In this document: positions 7,895-16,137 of the stretch, piece after piece
Position numbering within the stretch: the first letter of the stretch is position 1
How the letters are laid out: every line of letters begins with the position of its first letter
Assembly (NCBI GenBank): GCA_016190285.1
Contig: JACPQW010000064.1
Location: forward strand, 1-48,455
Direction of reading: 5' to 3'
DNA from: Candidatus Methylomirabilis oxygeniifera
Lineage (GTDB): Bacteria > Methylomirabilota > Methylomirabilia > Methylomirabilales > Methylomirabilaceae
Length of the DNA: 48,455 bases
Notes under the pieces: generated by a model
Database searches by the model: none
What the model saw: the letters and a program-made list of their open reading frames with translations, nothing else
What the model was told of the DNA's origin: nothing
Program-made: the position numbers and the translations under genes

Positions 7895-8638
7895 TTAGCT
7901 GGCCTTGCTGCCCGGCAACGCCGGCCTGCGGCGCAACAACTTGAGAACGCGCTTGCCTTGCGGTCCGGCCTCCGGACGCCCGGCCATGTGCTCCAGCCCC
8001 TCAACGGTGATGGCGGCCTTGATGTTGATCGACGCCGGCAGCCCTAAGGCCCGCTTGAAGATGTCTAGGCGGTCACCGCAGAGCAGGTGATAGTGCTCCT
8101 TGACGACCGGGTCGCGCTTGGTGAGCTTGCGGATGGTGCCGCGAGGACGGCCCAAGAGGGCCTCGGCGGCGGCGGCCGTGGCCACCAGCCCGGCCTGCGC
8201 CTCGTGGACCAGCAGGATCTGCATGCCATCAAGAGCCAGAACCTTGGCCACGGCCGGATCGGGCGCCAGGATACGCGAGTTGTGGGCGTAGCCCTTGTTC
8301 CAGTAGTTCCAGAGGGCGTCATCCGATTCACGCTGGAACATCGCGATCTTGTGGCGCACGTCGTTATGCACTTTGTTGATGTTGAGGCTGTTAATCCAGC
8401 CGCTGAATTTCCGCAGGGGCATCACCACCGTGGACTGCGGCCCGCCAGGTGAAGGGAGTTGAGTTATCTCAACACCCCAGCGCTCGCGCTGCGTCATCAG
8501 CTTGGCATACTGGCCTGCCCAGTCGAGGCCGAGCGCTTCCACGATCGTCCTCATGACGACGTAGGGTTCGCCATTGATGTCGATCACGAATAGGGTGCAC
8601 CCATGGAACGGCACGGGAATTAACGTGTTGGTTGGCAT
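7895..8638 (-). CDS. ant: Phage antirepressor (P22 Ant N-terminal domain plus ORF6N-like C-terminus)
   Basis: VPFHGCTL..NGEPYVVMRTIVEALGLDWAGQYAKL..MPLRKFSGWINSLNINKV..FQRESDDALWNYWNKG is the P22_AR_N signature; AAGGAGG SD. Confidence 0.9.
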   Translation of the reverse strand: MPTNTLIPVPFHGCTLFVIDINGEPYVVMRTIVEALGLDWAGQYAKLMTQRERWGVEITQLPSPGGPQSTVVMPLRKFSGWINSLNINKVHNDVRHKIAMFQRESDDALWNYWNKGYAHNSRILAPDPAVAKVLALDGMQILLVHEAQAGLVATAAAAEALLGRPRGTIRKLTKRDPVVKEHYHLLCGDRLDIFKRALGLPASINIKAAITVEGLEHMAGRPEAGPQGKRVLKLLRRRPALPGSKAS

Positions 8639-8847
8639 GTGCATGCACCTCCTTTCTTGTTAAGCGCTTTGAGTTGGTCGGCGGCCTTGAGCAGGTAGGC
8701 CGAGAGCGTGATCAGGTTGTCGGTCGACAGGCTGCCACCCATGCAGGCGCAGAGGGCGAGTAGCCGACCATGGTAGTTCAGTTCATCGCGAACGTTGGCG
8801 ATGGCGGGGGGTCCGGCTGGTGGGGATGGTCGGGTAGACTTCGGCAT
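8620..8847 (-). CDS. Small ORF (75 aa) in the icd/kil-like position upstream of ant
   Basis: AGGAGG SD 9 nt before ATG 8847; its 3' end overlaps the ant start. Confidence 0.65.
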   Translation of the reverse strand: MPKSTRPSPPAGPPAIANVRDELNYHGRLLALCACMGGSLSTDNLITLSAYLLKAADQLKALNKKGGACTCQPTR

Positions 8848-8875
8848 TTCGGCATACCTCCTGTGGTTGTAGACA

Positions 8876-8986
8876 GTTGTCCGGGCCAAAGCAAAGGCCC
8901 GCAGATGTGTCTGCGGTACCACAGGGACCGCCCCGCCGCCTCGCGACGACGAGCATCTGCGGGCCATGGGTAGGCCCGGAAACAAC
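8876..8986 (-). ncRNA. C4/CI-like structured antisense RNA (predicted)
   Basis: Outer stem 8876-8887/8973-8986; perfect 12-bp inner stem 8896-8907/8954-8965; two small internal hairpins; internal segment complementary to 9016-9053 and 8860-8874. Confidence 0.65.
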
Positions 8987-9059
8987 TCACCCCCTTCCGC
9001 GCCCGGTATGCGTAGCGCGAGGGCGGGGGTCAGCCCTCTGTGGTGTTGCAGACGCCCAC

Positions 9060-9089
9060 AGAATAGGGGCGTCGCGATCTGCACGTCAA
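9060..9089 (-). promoter_or_regulatory. Sigma70-like promoter for the antisense RNA/ant unit
   Basis: TTGACG-18 nt-TATTCT. Confidence 0.65.
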
Positions 9090-9277
9090 GCATTTTTTCT
9101 CGATGCGCCGTTCAGTCGCGCCTCCACCAGCGGGAGCCGCAGGCGGTAGAGTCGCCGCAGCGAGTGCGGCGCGGCGATCGCGGCCTCGCGGTCGTCGCCA
9201 TGCGCGGCGGCGAGGAGTTGCCTGCGTATCTGCACATCGGCGCGATGCTCCCTGGTCTCTTCGTAGGGCAGACTCAT
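9086..9277 (-). CDS. Hypothetical phage protein (63 aa)
   Basis: ATGA overlap with gemA; GGAGGGGG SD. Confidence 0.6.
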   Translation of the reverse strand: MSLPYEETREHRADVQIRRQLLAAAHGDDREAAIAAPHSLRRLYRLRLPLVEARLNGASRKNA

Positions 9278-9771
9278 TCCCCCCTCCCTGGTTGATCGCC
9301 CGCCCGGTCATAGCCGCCGGGGTAGCGCCTGGTCATCGGTAGGAGCACCCGTAACACTCGATCCATGTCGCTGTTGGTCTGTGGCCAGGGCTGGCCCAGG
9401 ACCTTCCGGCATAGCCCGTCACGTCGTGCCTGGTCCCAGCCGAGTGTGGCAAAGAGCCGCTCCAGATACCTCTGCTGTTTTTCCGTAATCGTCGCGTCTG
9501 GCCGCGCCTGGCGCGTTGGCGCGGGCCATGCGTGACGCCGCTTTGCTCCCTCTCCCCTGGAGGGAGAGGGTGGGGGTGAGGGGGATCGCTTGCGGGCCAA
9601 CTCATCCAACAACAACCCGGCCTGGATCCGGCTGAGTGCCTTGCACGTGGTGACCTGATACCGCTCGCGCAACATCAGGCGATAGGTGGCATCATCCAGG
9701 CCGAGCGCGTGGATCGCGGCATGGATCGCCTTGATTTGTCCCTTATTGATCGCCTCACGCGGCATCGTCAC
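9274..9771 (-). CDS. gemA: GemA/gp16-like regulatory protein (DUF1018)
   Basis: QIKAIHAAIHALGLDDATYRLML...TCKALS and TEKQQRYL motifs. Confidence 0.85.
   Translation of the reverse strand: MTMPREAINKGQIKAIHAAIHALGLDDATYRLMLRERYQVTTCKALSRIQAGLLLDELARKRSPSPPPSPSRGEGAKRRHAWPAPTRQARPDATITEKQQRYLERLFATLGWDQARRDGLCRKVLGQPWPQTNSDMDRVLRVLLPMTRRYPGGYDRAGDQPGRGE
9548..9584. repeat. boxC/REP-like palindromic element inside gemA
   Basis: ccctctcccctggagggagagggtgggggtgaggggg; read in frame as SPSPPPSPSRGEG. Confidence 0.85.
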
Positions 9772-10126
9772 GTTCGATCTCCATCTGCAGTTGTCCCAGC
9801 AACTCCGGCAGCGCCACCCGGCGCAGCCGCGCCATCCGCGTCAGAATCGACAGCGCCCGGCCCTTCAGCGACTCCAGCGTGTCGCGGATCTCCTCCAGCG
9901 TCTCGGGCAGGTAATACCCGGCCGGCGGATGCGGAGAGCTGGCGATCGGCGCGCTGTGCTGCTCGATGAGCGTTTTCACCACCTGGCGCGCGACCCGTTC
10001 GGTCACGCCGATCGCCCGCGCCAGCTCTCCGGCGCCGATGGCCTGCCCGCGCCCCTGGTGCCGCACCAGGATGGCGTAGGCGTGCTGCTCCAGGATCGTC
10101 ATGCCCCGTTCAGGCGCCGGAACCAT
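9755..10126 (-). CDS. Winged-HTH phage protein
   Basis: AIGAGELARAIGVTERVARQVVKTL..PIASS..GYYL; start may be 10126 or 10102. Confidence 0.75.
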   Translation of the reverse strand: MVPAPERGMTILEQHAYAILVRHQGRGQAIGAGELARAIGVTERVARQVVKTLIEQHSAPIASSPHPPAGYYLPETLEEIRDTLESLKGRALSILTRMARLRRVALPELLGQLQMEIERDDAA

Positions 10127-10128
10127 CT

Positions 10129-10165
10129 CCCCCTCACCCTCACCCTCTCCCGCCAGGGGCGAGGG
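10129..10165. repeat. boxC/REP-like palindromic element at a gene junction
   Basis: ccccctcaccctcaccctctcccgccaggggcgaggg; one mismatch from the reverse complement of 4482-4518. Confidence 0.85.
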
Positions 10166-10358
10166 CGGCCGAGAGCCGGGCCGCATGGGCGGCGTTCAGG
10201 ATCGGCGCCAGCAATTTCCGCCAGCAGGGGCGGCAGGTGTCGTGCCCCCTCACCGTCACCGGCCGTCCCCGTACCGCCGATCGGCTGTGGGGGTTGCGAA
10301 TCGGGCTGATGCGCAACGACACCGGCCGACGCCCGCAGACACTACACAACGGCGTCAC
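10140..10358 (-). CDS. Small CxxC...CxxC zinc-finger-like protein
   Basis: CSVC and CRPC; GTGA overlap with the gam stop; its own stop lies inside the repeat element. Confidence 0.6.
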   Translation of the reverse strand: MTPLCSVCGRRPVSLRISPIRNPHSRSAVRGRPVTVRGHDTCRPCWRKLLAPILNAAHAARLSAALAPGGRG

Positions 10359-10888
10359 GCCGCCTCGGGCGCCGCATCCAGGGCCTCGCGGAGCAGGGCG
10401 CCGACGAGTTTGTCAACCTCGCTGTCGGTCGGCTGCACCAGCACCTCGTCGCCTGTCTCGATCACCCGGACCCCGACGCGCTTCAGCTCGGCGGCGGTGA
10501 GCTGCGCCAGCGCGGGCTTGCTCGGGGTTTCCCGGACCACGATCAGGACATCGGCCTGGTCGGGGCAGTGTTTGCGGATCAGCGCGACGACCTGGTCGGG
10601 GTCGTCCCACACCAGCTTGCCCTTGGCCTTCACGATCCCGACCTTGATGCCGTGCAGAATCAGCGTCCTGGGCCGCTCAAACAGCGCCGGCGCGGACTCG
10701 ATGGCGGCCCGCAGCCGGCTGTCCGCCTCGGCGGCCTTCGCCAGGGCGGCCTTGACGCCGGGGAGCGCCTGGCGCTTGCTGTGCTGCAGCGCCGCTTCGA
10801 GGCGCCCGACACGCTCGCTGAGCACGGCGCGGGCCTCCGCGTACGCCTTCGTCAATCGCTCAATCTCGCTGATGGTCATGTCGCCCAT
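10355..10888 (-). CDS. gam: Mu Gam-like host-nuclease inhibitor
   Basis: Long N-terminal helix; LFERPRTLILHGIKVG, ETPSKPAL and LKRVGVRV motifs; early-operon position. Confidence 0.8.
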   Translation of the reverse strand: MGDMTISEIERLTKAYAEARAVLSERVGRLEAALQHSKRQALPGVKAALAKAAEADSRLRAAIESAPALFERPRTLILHGIKVGIVKAKGKLVWDDPDQVVALIRKHCPDQADVLIVVRETPSKPALAQLTAAELKRVGVRVIETGDEVLVQPTDSEVDKLVGALLREALDAAPEAA

Positions 10889-10982
10889 GGATTGCTCTCC
10901 TCACGATATACAGCGCCCACAGCAGCCCCAGCACCAGGCCCGCCGTCATCCACATCACCGCCAGCGCCCAGACGGTCGTCAT
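10860..10982 (-). CDS. Small membrane peptide (40 aa)
   Basis: MTTVWALAVMWMTAGLVLGLLWALYIV; GGAGG SD; ATGA overlap. Confidence 0.55.
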   Translation of the reverse strand: MTTVWALAVMWMTAGLVLGLLWALYIVRRAIHGRHDHQRD

Positions 10983-11293
10983 GGCTCCTCCGGCCCCGAT
11001 GGGGCTGGGCTGGCCGGGAGAATCGTCCCGATGCGCTCGCCGTCGTACCTCGCCGCCGCCTGCTCCGCCGCCCGATGGGCGTACAGGTCCCGGATCCCCT
11101 GATGCCACGCCGCGCGACAGCCGTCGCACCGCAGCTCGATCCCGCCCATGGCGCCCGGCGTGAGGTAGGCCAGGTCCACCCACTGCCGGCAGCTCTCACA
11201 CTGCACCCGCGCGCCCTTGCGGCTACGGACCGTCGGACTCATCGCCCGTGCCATCGCCTCTCTGATGCGTCTGATGATCCCCATCTGTATCAT
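10979..11293 (-). CDS. Zinc-ribbon-like hypothetical protein
   Basis: CESC and CDGC; GAGGAG SD; ATGA overlaps at both ends. Confidence 0.65.
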   Translation of the reverse strand: MIQMGIIRRIREAMARAMSPTVRSRKGARVQCESCRQWVDLAYLTPGAMGGIELRCDGCRAAWHQGIRDLYAHRAAEQAAARYDGERIGTILPASPAPSGPEEP

Positions 11294-11526
11294 GCCGTCT
11301 CCTCCTCGATGATCTCCCACAGGCTGAGCGCCGGACTCCGGCCCACGACCGAGACCGGGTCCACGTTGAGTCGATGGTTCGGACAGAGTTTGTGCGCCAA
11401 CGCGCGCGCCGCGACCGCCGGACTCACCACCGACGACGCGCTCCGCCCGCCCAGTCGCGCGACGTAGGCGCCGCTCGATCGTCGCGTGACCCAGACATCT
11501 GCGCCCACCCACTGGCACGCGGTCAT
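11290..11526 (-). CDS. Hypothetical phage protein (78 aa)
   Basis: AGGAGG SD; ATGA overlap with the ATPase stop. Confidence 0.65.
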   Translation of the reverse strand: MTACQWVGADVWVTRRSSGAYVARLGGRSASSVVSPAVAARALAHKLCPNHRLNVDPVSVVGRSPALSLWEIIEEETA

Positions 11527-12863
11527 CGCGCGCCTCCTGTGCCGAGCTCGTGGATCAGCTCGGCGGTGACCTTCGGTTCGCCGCGCTTGGCGGCCGCGCC
11601 CATCGCTTTTGCCAGCCAGCGGTGCAGCGTGAGCGGGTAGGTGTGGCTGACGGCCTTCTTCCGATGCGCCTCGGCGACGGTGAGCCGCTGCGCCAGGGCA
11701 TCCACGGCCGCCGGCTCAATAATTTTGTCCAGCTCCGCCCCGGCGCGCTTGAGCAGGTGCTGCAGGTATGCCCGTGTGTCGCCGTTCATCGGCCCGAGCT
11801 CCACGAGCTGGCAGCGCCGCACCATCTCCCGCATATCAAACCCTTCGCCTGATTCTTCCAGGCGCTGCTTCAGCTCGAGCTGGCCGACCAGGAGGATCCC
11901 CAACAAGCGCGTTGTCCCCTCGCCGGTCGACAGCGTCAACTCCCAAAATTGTTTCAGATAGCGCAACGTCCGCTGCGGCAGCAGATGCGCCTCCTCGATC
12001 ACCAGCAGATGCCGATGGCCGGCGGCCGCGCGGTCGCGCAGCAGCCGCGTCATCTGCCGCGCCTTGGCCTCCAGCCGCACTCGCGGCTTCTCGCCCGACA
12101 CATCGTAGATGATGGCGTCGGCGATCGATTCGGCGGTCAGCCGCATCTTGTCGATCGTCTGGGGGAACACGATCCGCACCTGGTCCTCGCGCGCCAGGTC
12201 ACGGAACAGCTTGTCGCGCAGCGTCGATTTGCCCGCGCCGACCTCGCCGACGAGGGCCACGAACCCGCTGTGGTGGGCCATCTCCCAGAGGCAGTCGGCG
12301 ACATACTGCTGTTCCTCACCCATGTACAAGTCCTTGTCGCGTTCGATCTCCAACAGGAATGGATTTCGGAAGAGCTTGAAGTGTCGAAGTGTCTTCGTGT
12401 CGATCATGGCCACCTCCCAGGGGATCAATGCCCCTTCAGCCTCCGCCGCAGCCGCCCGCGCAGGGTCGGGGCTATGTCCGTTCCGTGCAAAGCCCACCGG
12501 CATCAGCCGGTGGACGAGTCCGTGTGTCGCCTCCTCCTCCCAGATCGCCGAGAGCGGCCGCGTCCTGGATGCCAGCCAGGCGGACATCGTCGGATGCGCC
12601 TGCACCCAGGCCTCGACGCGGGCCCGGAACGCCGCTCGATCCGCCGCCTGCTGCTTTGCTGATTTGCTCTCGCGATGGCCGGGGTAGTAGCCGCGCCGCG
12701 AGCGCACCAGGATCCACGTCGTCCGCTTGATCCCGAACGCCGCGGCGGCCTGCTCGTCGGTCACGCCGCACCCTTTCATCACGCGGGTCAGCCCAATCGC
12801 CACCCGCGGCAGCGCGTAGGCCGCAGGGCCCAGCGGCCTATCCGGCGCTGATCTGTCTCGCAT
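11523..12863 (-). CDS. Transposition AAA+ ATPase (MuB functional analogue, ExeA-like) with N-terminal extension
   Basis: Walker A GEVGAGKST, Walker B LLVIEEAH, ILLVGQLEL, HFKLFRNPF; directly after the transposase. Confidence 0.9.
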   Translation of the reverse strand: MRDRSAPDRPLGPAAYALPRVAIGLTRVMKGCGVTDEQAAAAFGIKRTTWILVRSRRGYYPGHRESKSAKQQAADRAAFRARVEAWVQAHPTMSAWLASRTRPLSAIWEEEATHGLVHRLMPVGFARNGHSPDPARAAAAEAEGALIPWEVAMIDTKTLRHFKLFRNPFLLEIERDKDLYMGEEQQYVADCLWEMAHHSGFVALVGEVGAGKSTLRDKLFRDLAREDQVRIVFPQTIDKMRLTAESIADAIIYDVSGEKPRVRLEAKARQMTRLLRDRAAAGHRHLLVIEEAHLLPQRTLRYLKQFWELTLSTGEGTTRLLGILLVGQLELKQRLEESGEGFDMREMVRRCQLVELGPMNGDTRAYLQHLLKRAGAELDKIIEPAAVDALAQRLTVAEAHRKKAVSHTYPLTLHRWLAKAMGAAAKRGEPKVTAELIHELGTGGAR

Positions 12864-14583
12864 CGTGCCCCTCCCGTCTGTCGCCGTGCAGTCCGTCCAT
12901 GATTGCGTCAATCTCGCTCATCCGGCACCCTGCCGGCCACGCAGCCCGGATCCGGGCGTTCTCGTCTCGCGTCAGCGGCCGCCCCAGGCCCTCCGCCAGC
13001 TCGCCCAGCAGCCCCATCACCGTCAGCCGCCGCTCCGCCGCCGGATCGGCCGGCGTCCGAAGCGTCCCCGGCGTCGGCCGCGTGACCAAGTTGTCGGCGC
13101 CGTCGGCGTCAAAGCCGAACCACTCAATGCGATGCGCGCCGGTGGCCGGCGCGACCGCGATCCGTTTCTCCGCAGACCCTTTGTGCGTCAGCCCCCAGCG
13201 CTCCTCGGCAATCTGCTCCATTTCGCCCTCGGCCTGTTGCGTGATGGTGGCCGCCGGGCGCCGGATGTCGCCGGGCCGCACGCTGTCCGATAAAAACCCG
13301 CCCAGCAACTCCAGCGGCGTGAGTGACCAGACCGCGCGCACGTGGTGATCGTCATAATCCCGCCATGTCACCTCGACCTCGGGATAGGCGCGCGGATTGT
13401 AGGCGACCTCCACCGACCGGCCCCAGACATTGACGTCAGGCACGTGATAGACGCGCCCTTTGTAGCGCAGCCGTCCGCTCCCTTCGACCGTGCGCGCGAG
13501 CGGCCCTGTCCGGATCAGCTCGCGGCAGACCTCTGCCGGGGGCGGGACGAAGAGTTGCTCCGGTCGAATCTCGCTCCACCACTGCATGCGCGTCCGTCCG
13601 CGCCCGTCGATCTTCGCCCGGAACGGCCGCGTGCAGTTGACCTCCACGCAGAAGTCGAACGCGCGCCGGTTCAACTCGTCCTCATCGCGCGGCGGCTGCA
13701 ACTTCAGCCGCGCGTTGAACTGCTCCAGCAGGTTGTGGTGCGTCTCGACGCTGCCTTTGGCGCGCGGATTGCCCGGCAGGTGGGTCTTCAGGTCGATCCC
13801 GAACAGGCGACAAAACCGCTTGGCCATCGGCGACTTGCCGAACGCGCCGTTATCCGTGAGGATGCGGGCCGGAATCCCGTGGAACGTGTAGGCCGGGTGC
13901 CCCTTCGGTTGCATCGCCTGGATCAGGAACTCGATCGCATCCTGGGCCGTCTCGCCGCTGGCGTAGACATACTGGAAAAAGAACGCCCCGCTGAACTGAT
14001 CGACCGCGGTGATCTGCCAGTAATGGCGGCGGATTTTACGGAATTCCTCGGGATGGTTTTTGTGCAGTGCGGTGGCCACATCGCGCTCTGTGAGCGCCCC
14101 GTCGTCGTCCTTGTACCACTGGTGGCAGGCCGTAAAGTCCACCTGCATTTCGAAGTTCGGGTGGGCGCTGGCGCGCGGCCGGTGGGGTGTCGGGCGTTTC
14201 AGATCGGCCTTGCTGAGCGCGTGGCGGCGCAACTCGCGGCAGATCGTGGAGTACGACCGATCGGTCTCCAGTTGCCCCGTCTGCGCCAGGAGGCGCACCG
14301 CCTCTTTCTGCGGCATCGGGATCCGGCCGTCCACGCGCCGACTCGCCTTCACCACCGCCGCCACCAGCAGCGCCTGCTCGCGCGTGAATCCGCTGCCGCC
14401 CCGATCGCGGCGGACGGCCTGACGGCCACGCTGCCCCACCTTGCGGACGATGGCGCTAATCACCTGCTTGCTGATCCCATAGAGTCGGGCATACTGCCTG
14501 ACCCGTTCGGCCCGCTCGCGTCCGGTCAGGCCCAACAGCCCGTCTACGATTTCCCTCTTGACGGCGTCCGAGATTGGTAGCAT
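12838..14583 (-). CDS. DDE transposase (MuA-like)
   Basis: MQVDFT (D), ILTDNG (D), NPRAKGSVE (E); C-terminal Mu-transpos_C-like beta region. Confidence 0.92.
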   Translation of the reverse strand: MLPISDAVKREIVDGLLGLTGRERAERVRQYARLYGISKQVISAIVRKVGQRGRQAVRRDRGGSGFTREQALLVAAVVKASRRVDGRIPMPQKEAVRLLAQTGQLETDRSYSTICRELRRHALSKADLKRPTPHRPRASAHPNFEMQVDFTACHQWYKDDDGALTERDVATALHKNHPEEFRKIRRHYWQITAVDQFSGAFFFQYVYASGETAQDAIEFLIQAMQPKGHPAYTFHGIPARILTDNGAFGKSPMAKRFCRLFGIDLKTHLPGNPRAKGSVETHHNLLEQFNARLKLQPPRDEDELNRRAFDFCVEVNCTRPFRAKIDGRGRTRMQWWSEIRPEQLFVPPPAEVCRELIRTGPLARTVEGSGRLRYKGRVYHVPDVNVWGRSVEVAYNPRAYPEVEVTWRDYDDHHVRAVWSLTPLELLGGFLSDSVRPGDIRRPAATITQQAEGEMEQIAEERWGLTHKGSAEKRIAVAPATGAHRIEWFGFDADGADNLVTRPTPGTLRTPADPAAERRLTVMGLLGELAEGLGRPLTRDENARIRAAWPAGCRMSEIDAIMDGLHGDRREGHDARQISAG

Positions 14584-14586
14584 GGG

Positions 14587-15591
14587 CTAGGCGGCTGGCG
14601 GCGCGTCTGTGTTGTCCACTGATCCACCCGCGTGGCGGGTGACATCCCGAAGCAGCCAGTCGGCATACGCGGTCCTCGCGGCTTGCATCTGCGTGCGTGT
14701 GTCCGCCCGTGACGCCTCGTATTCCGGCCCTCCTACGAATCCGTTGGTGTCCAACAGCCCGTCGAAGGCATCCGGGTGCCGCGCAATCAGCTCCTCCTGC
14801 ATGTGGCGCAGCTTGCTCGCCAATGCGAGCAGGGTGAGTGCGACGGCATCCCTCGCCTCCCGGCTCTCCATGCGCCCAGCCGCCCCCACAAGCTTTTCCA
14901 GCCAGACGTCGATCTCCACCATCGTTTCGAAGACGCGCCGCCACGCTGGACGTTCCTCGTCGGTGATCCCCGGCGGCGTCGGGAAATTTTTCAGCCACTC
15001 GATTTCTTTCTCTTTCCTGTCGATCATCTCGTGCAGCCTCCCGTGCTCTTTGCGCGCCGTCTCCTGATGGCGTGTGAGCTGTTCGTCTTTCTTCTTCGCG
15101 TCGTCTTTGGCGGCCTCGGCCTGGGTGAATGCCTCGCGCAGGACCTCGACGATCTGATACGCATGGGCGGCGTCGTTCACAATGCGTTTGCCGCTGATGA
15201 TGATGGCGCCGTCCTCATGCCGGATCGTGCCGTTCTTCAAGAGGCGGCTGGCCATCCGCTGCTCGGCCACGCTCGTGATCGCCACAACCTCCTCGTAGGC
15301 GTATTCACCCACGGCCTTGAGGGTGTTCAGGTAGTTGTCGATCATGCGGCGGCCGAGCGGGAGATGTTCGTCCGCAAACTGCTCCCAGCTCACGCCATGC
15401 TCCAGGCAGTCGGCTTTGAGCTCTTGGAGCTTTTTGACGACATTGAGCTTCGCAATCTCGGCGTAGCCTGCGTGCACGCGCAACTCACACAGCGTGCTGA
15501 ATGCTCTAGGTGAAAGCCCGCCTAACGCGGCAAGAGTCGTGTCTTTTCGGATCGTATCCAGCATTCGCTGCTCCTTGCTTTTGTCGCCCAT
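14587..15591 (-). CDS. Coiled-coil phage protein (DUF3102-like position upstream of the transposase)
   Basis: LQELKADCLEHGVSWEQFADEHLPLGRRMIDNYL resembles DUF3102; G-rich SD before ATG 15591. Confidence 0.7.
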   Translation of the reverse strand: MGDKSKEQRMLDTIRKDTTLAALGGLSPRAFSTLCELRVHAGYAEIAKLNVVKKLQELKADCLEHGVSWEQFADEHLPLGRRMIDNYLNTLKAVGEYAYEEVVAITSVAEQRMASRLLKNGTIRHEDGAIIISGKRIVNDAAHAYQIVEVLREAFTQAEAAKDDAKKKDEQLTRHQETARKEHGRLHEMIDRKEKEIEWLKNFPTPPGITDEERPAWRRVFETMVEIDVWLEKLVGAAGRMESREARDAVALTLLALASKLRHMQEELIARHPDAFDGLLDTNGFVGGPEYEASRADTRTQMQAARTAYADWLLRDVTRHAGGSVDNTDAPPAA

Positions 15592-15602
15592 ACGCCCCCC
15601 CC

Positions 15603-15690
15603 TTAGCCGGAAATGGTGGGTACCCAAAAAAAATCTCGCGTCAGCCTTTTCAACTAGTTAGTATTTTTTAGCCGGAAATCATTTCCGGCT
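15603..15690. promoter_or_regulatory. Cluster of GCCGGAAAT sites flanking an IHF-like site (possible transposition enhancer/operator)
   Basis: ttagccggaaat at 15603 and 15668; palindrome agccggaaat-c-atttccggct at 15670-15690; tttcaactagtta (15648-15660) has one mismatch to WATCAANNNNTTR. Confidence 0.55.
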
Positions 15691-15742
15691 CACCGCGGGC
15701 GCCGCGCCCCCGCCTGCTCGGCACGCTCCAGCATTGCCCGCC

Positions 15743-16078
15743 TCATTGCGCGTCCCCAGTGGCCCGTGGTGCGATGGCGAGGCCTATGCTGTAGGCGTGC
15801 CTTAGCACGTCTGCCACCCTCGCCTGCACGGCGCTGCGAGCGCGCGTGTCCAGCCGCCGACCACACAGCGCCTCAATATCCAGGATGACCAGGTGCACCC
15901 TGTGCTCCTGGTTACAGGGCGCGCCATCCTCCGACGCGTGGGCGGCGCCTCGGAGTGCTGACACCAGCGTGTGCGCAATTGCCTCCCGCTGCCATGCTGG
16001 CGGCCGCGTCCCCATATCCCACGCGATGCTAGCTGCAGCCTGCACCGCTGTGTCGCGTGTCAGTTGGCTCGATTTCAT
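15743..16078 (-). CDS. Hypothetical phage protein
   Basis: GGAGGGG SD; shares a V(A/S)x(A/V)LRxA motif internally and with 16416-16601. Confidence 0.65.
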   Translation of the reverse strand: MKSSQLTRDTAVQAAASIAWDMGTRPPAWQREAIAHTLVSALRGAAHASEDGAPCNQEHRVHLVILDIEALCGRRLDTRARSAVQARVADVLRHAYSIGLAIAPRATGDAQ

Positions 16079-16137
16079 CGCGCCCCTCCGTGCTCCGGCT
16101 CATTCACGAACCATGTCAACCGACTCTGGTGAGGGCC

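Noticed and set aside
8876-8986. tRNA gene
   Set aside because: Cloverleaf-like, but no TTCGA T-loop, D-loop or anticodon arm geometry; better explained as an antisense RNA.
8848-9093. N-terminal extension of the 8620-9093 ORF (ash-like reading)
   Set aside because: It spans the promoter and structured RNA; the SD supports a start at 8847. An ash-like overlapping frame cannot be fully excluded.
245-14580. Long plus-strand ORFs (e.g. 245-1429, 1785-2855, 3089-4507, 13342-14580)
   Set aside because: Antisense shadows of well-supported minus-strand phage genes in high-GC DNA; no motifs or SDs.
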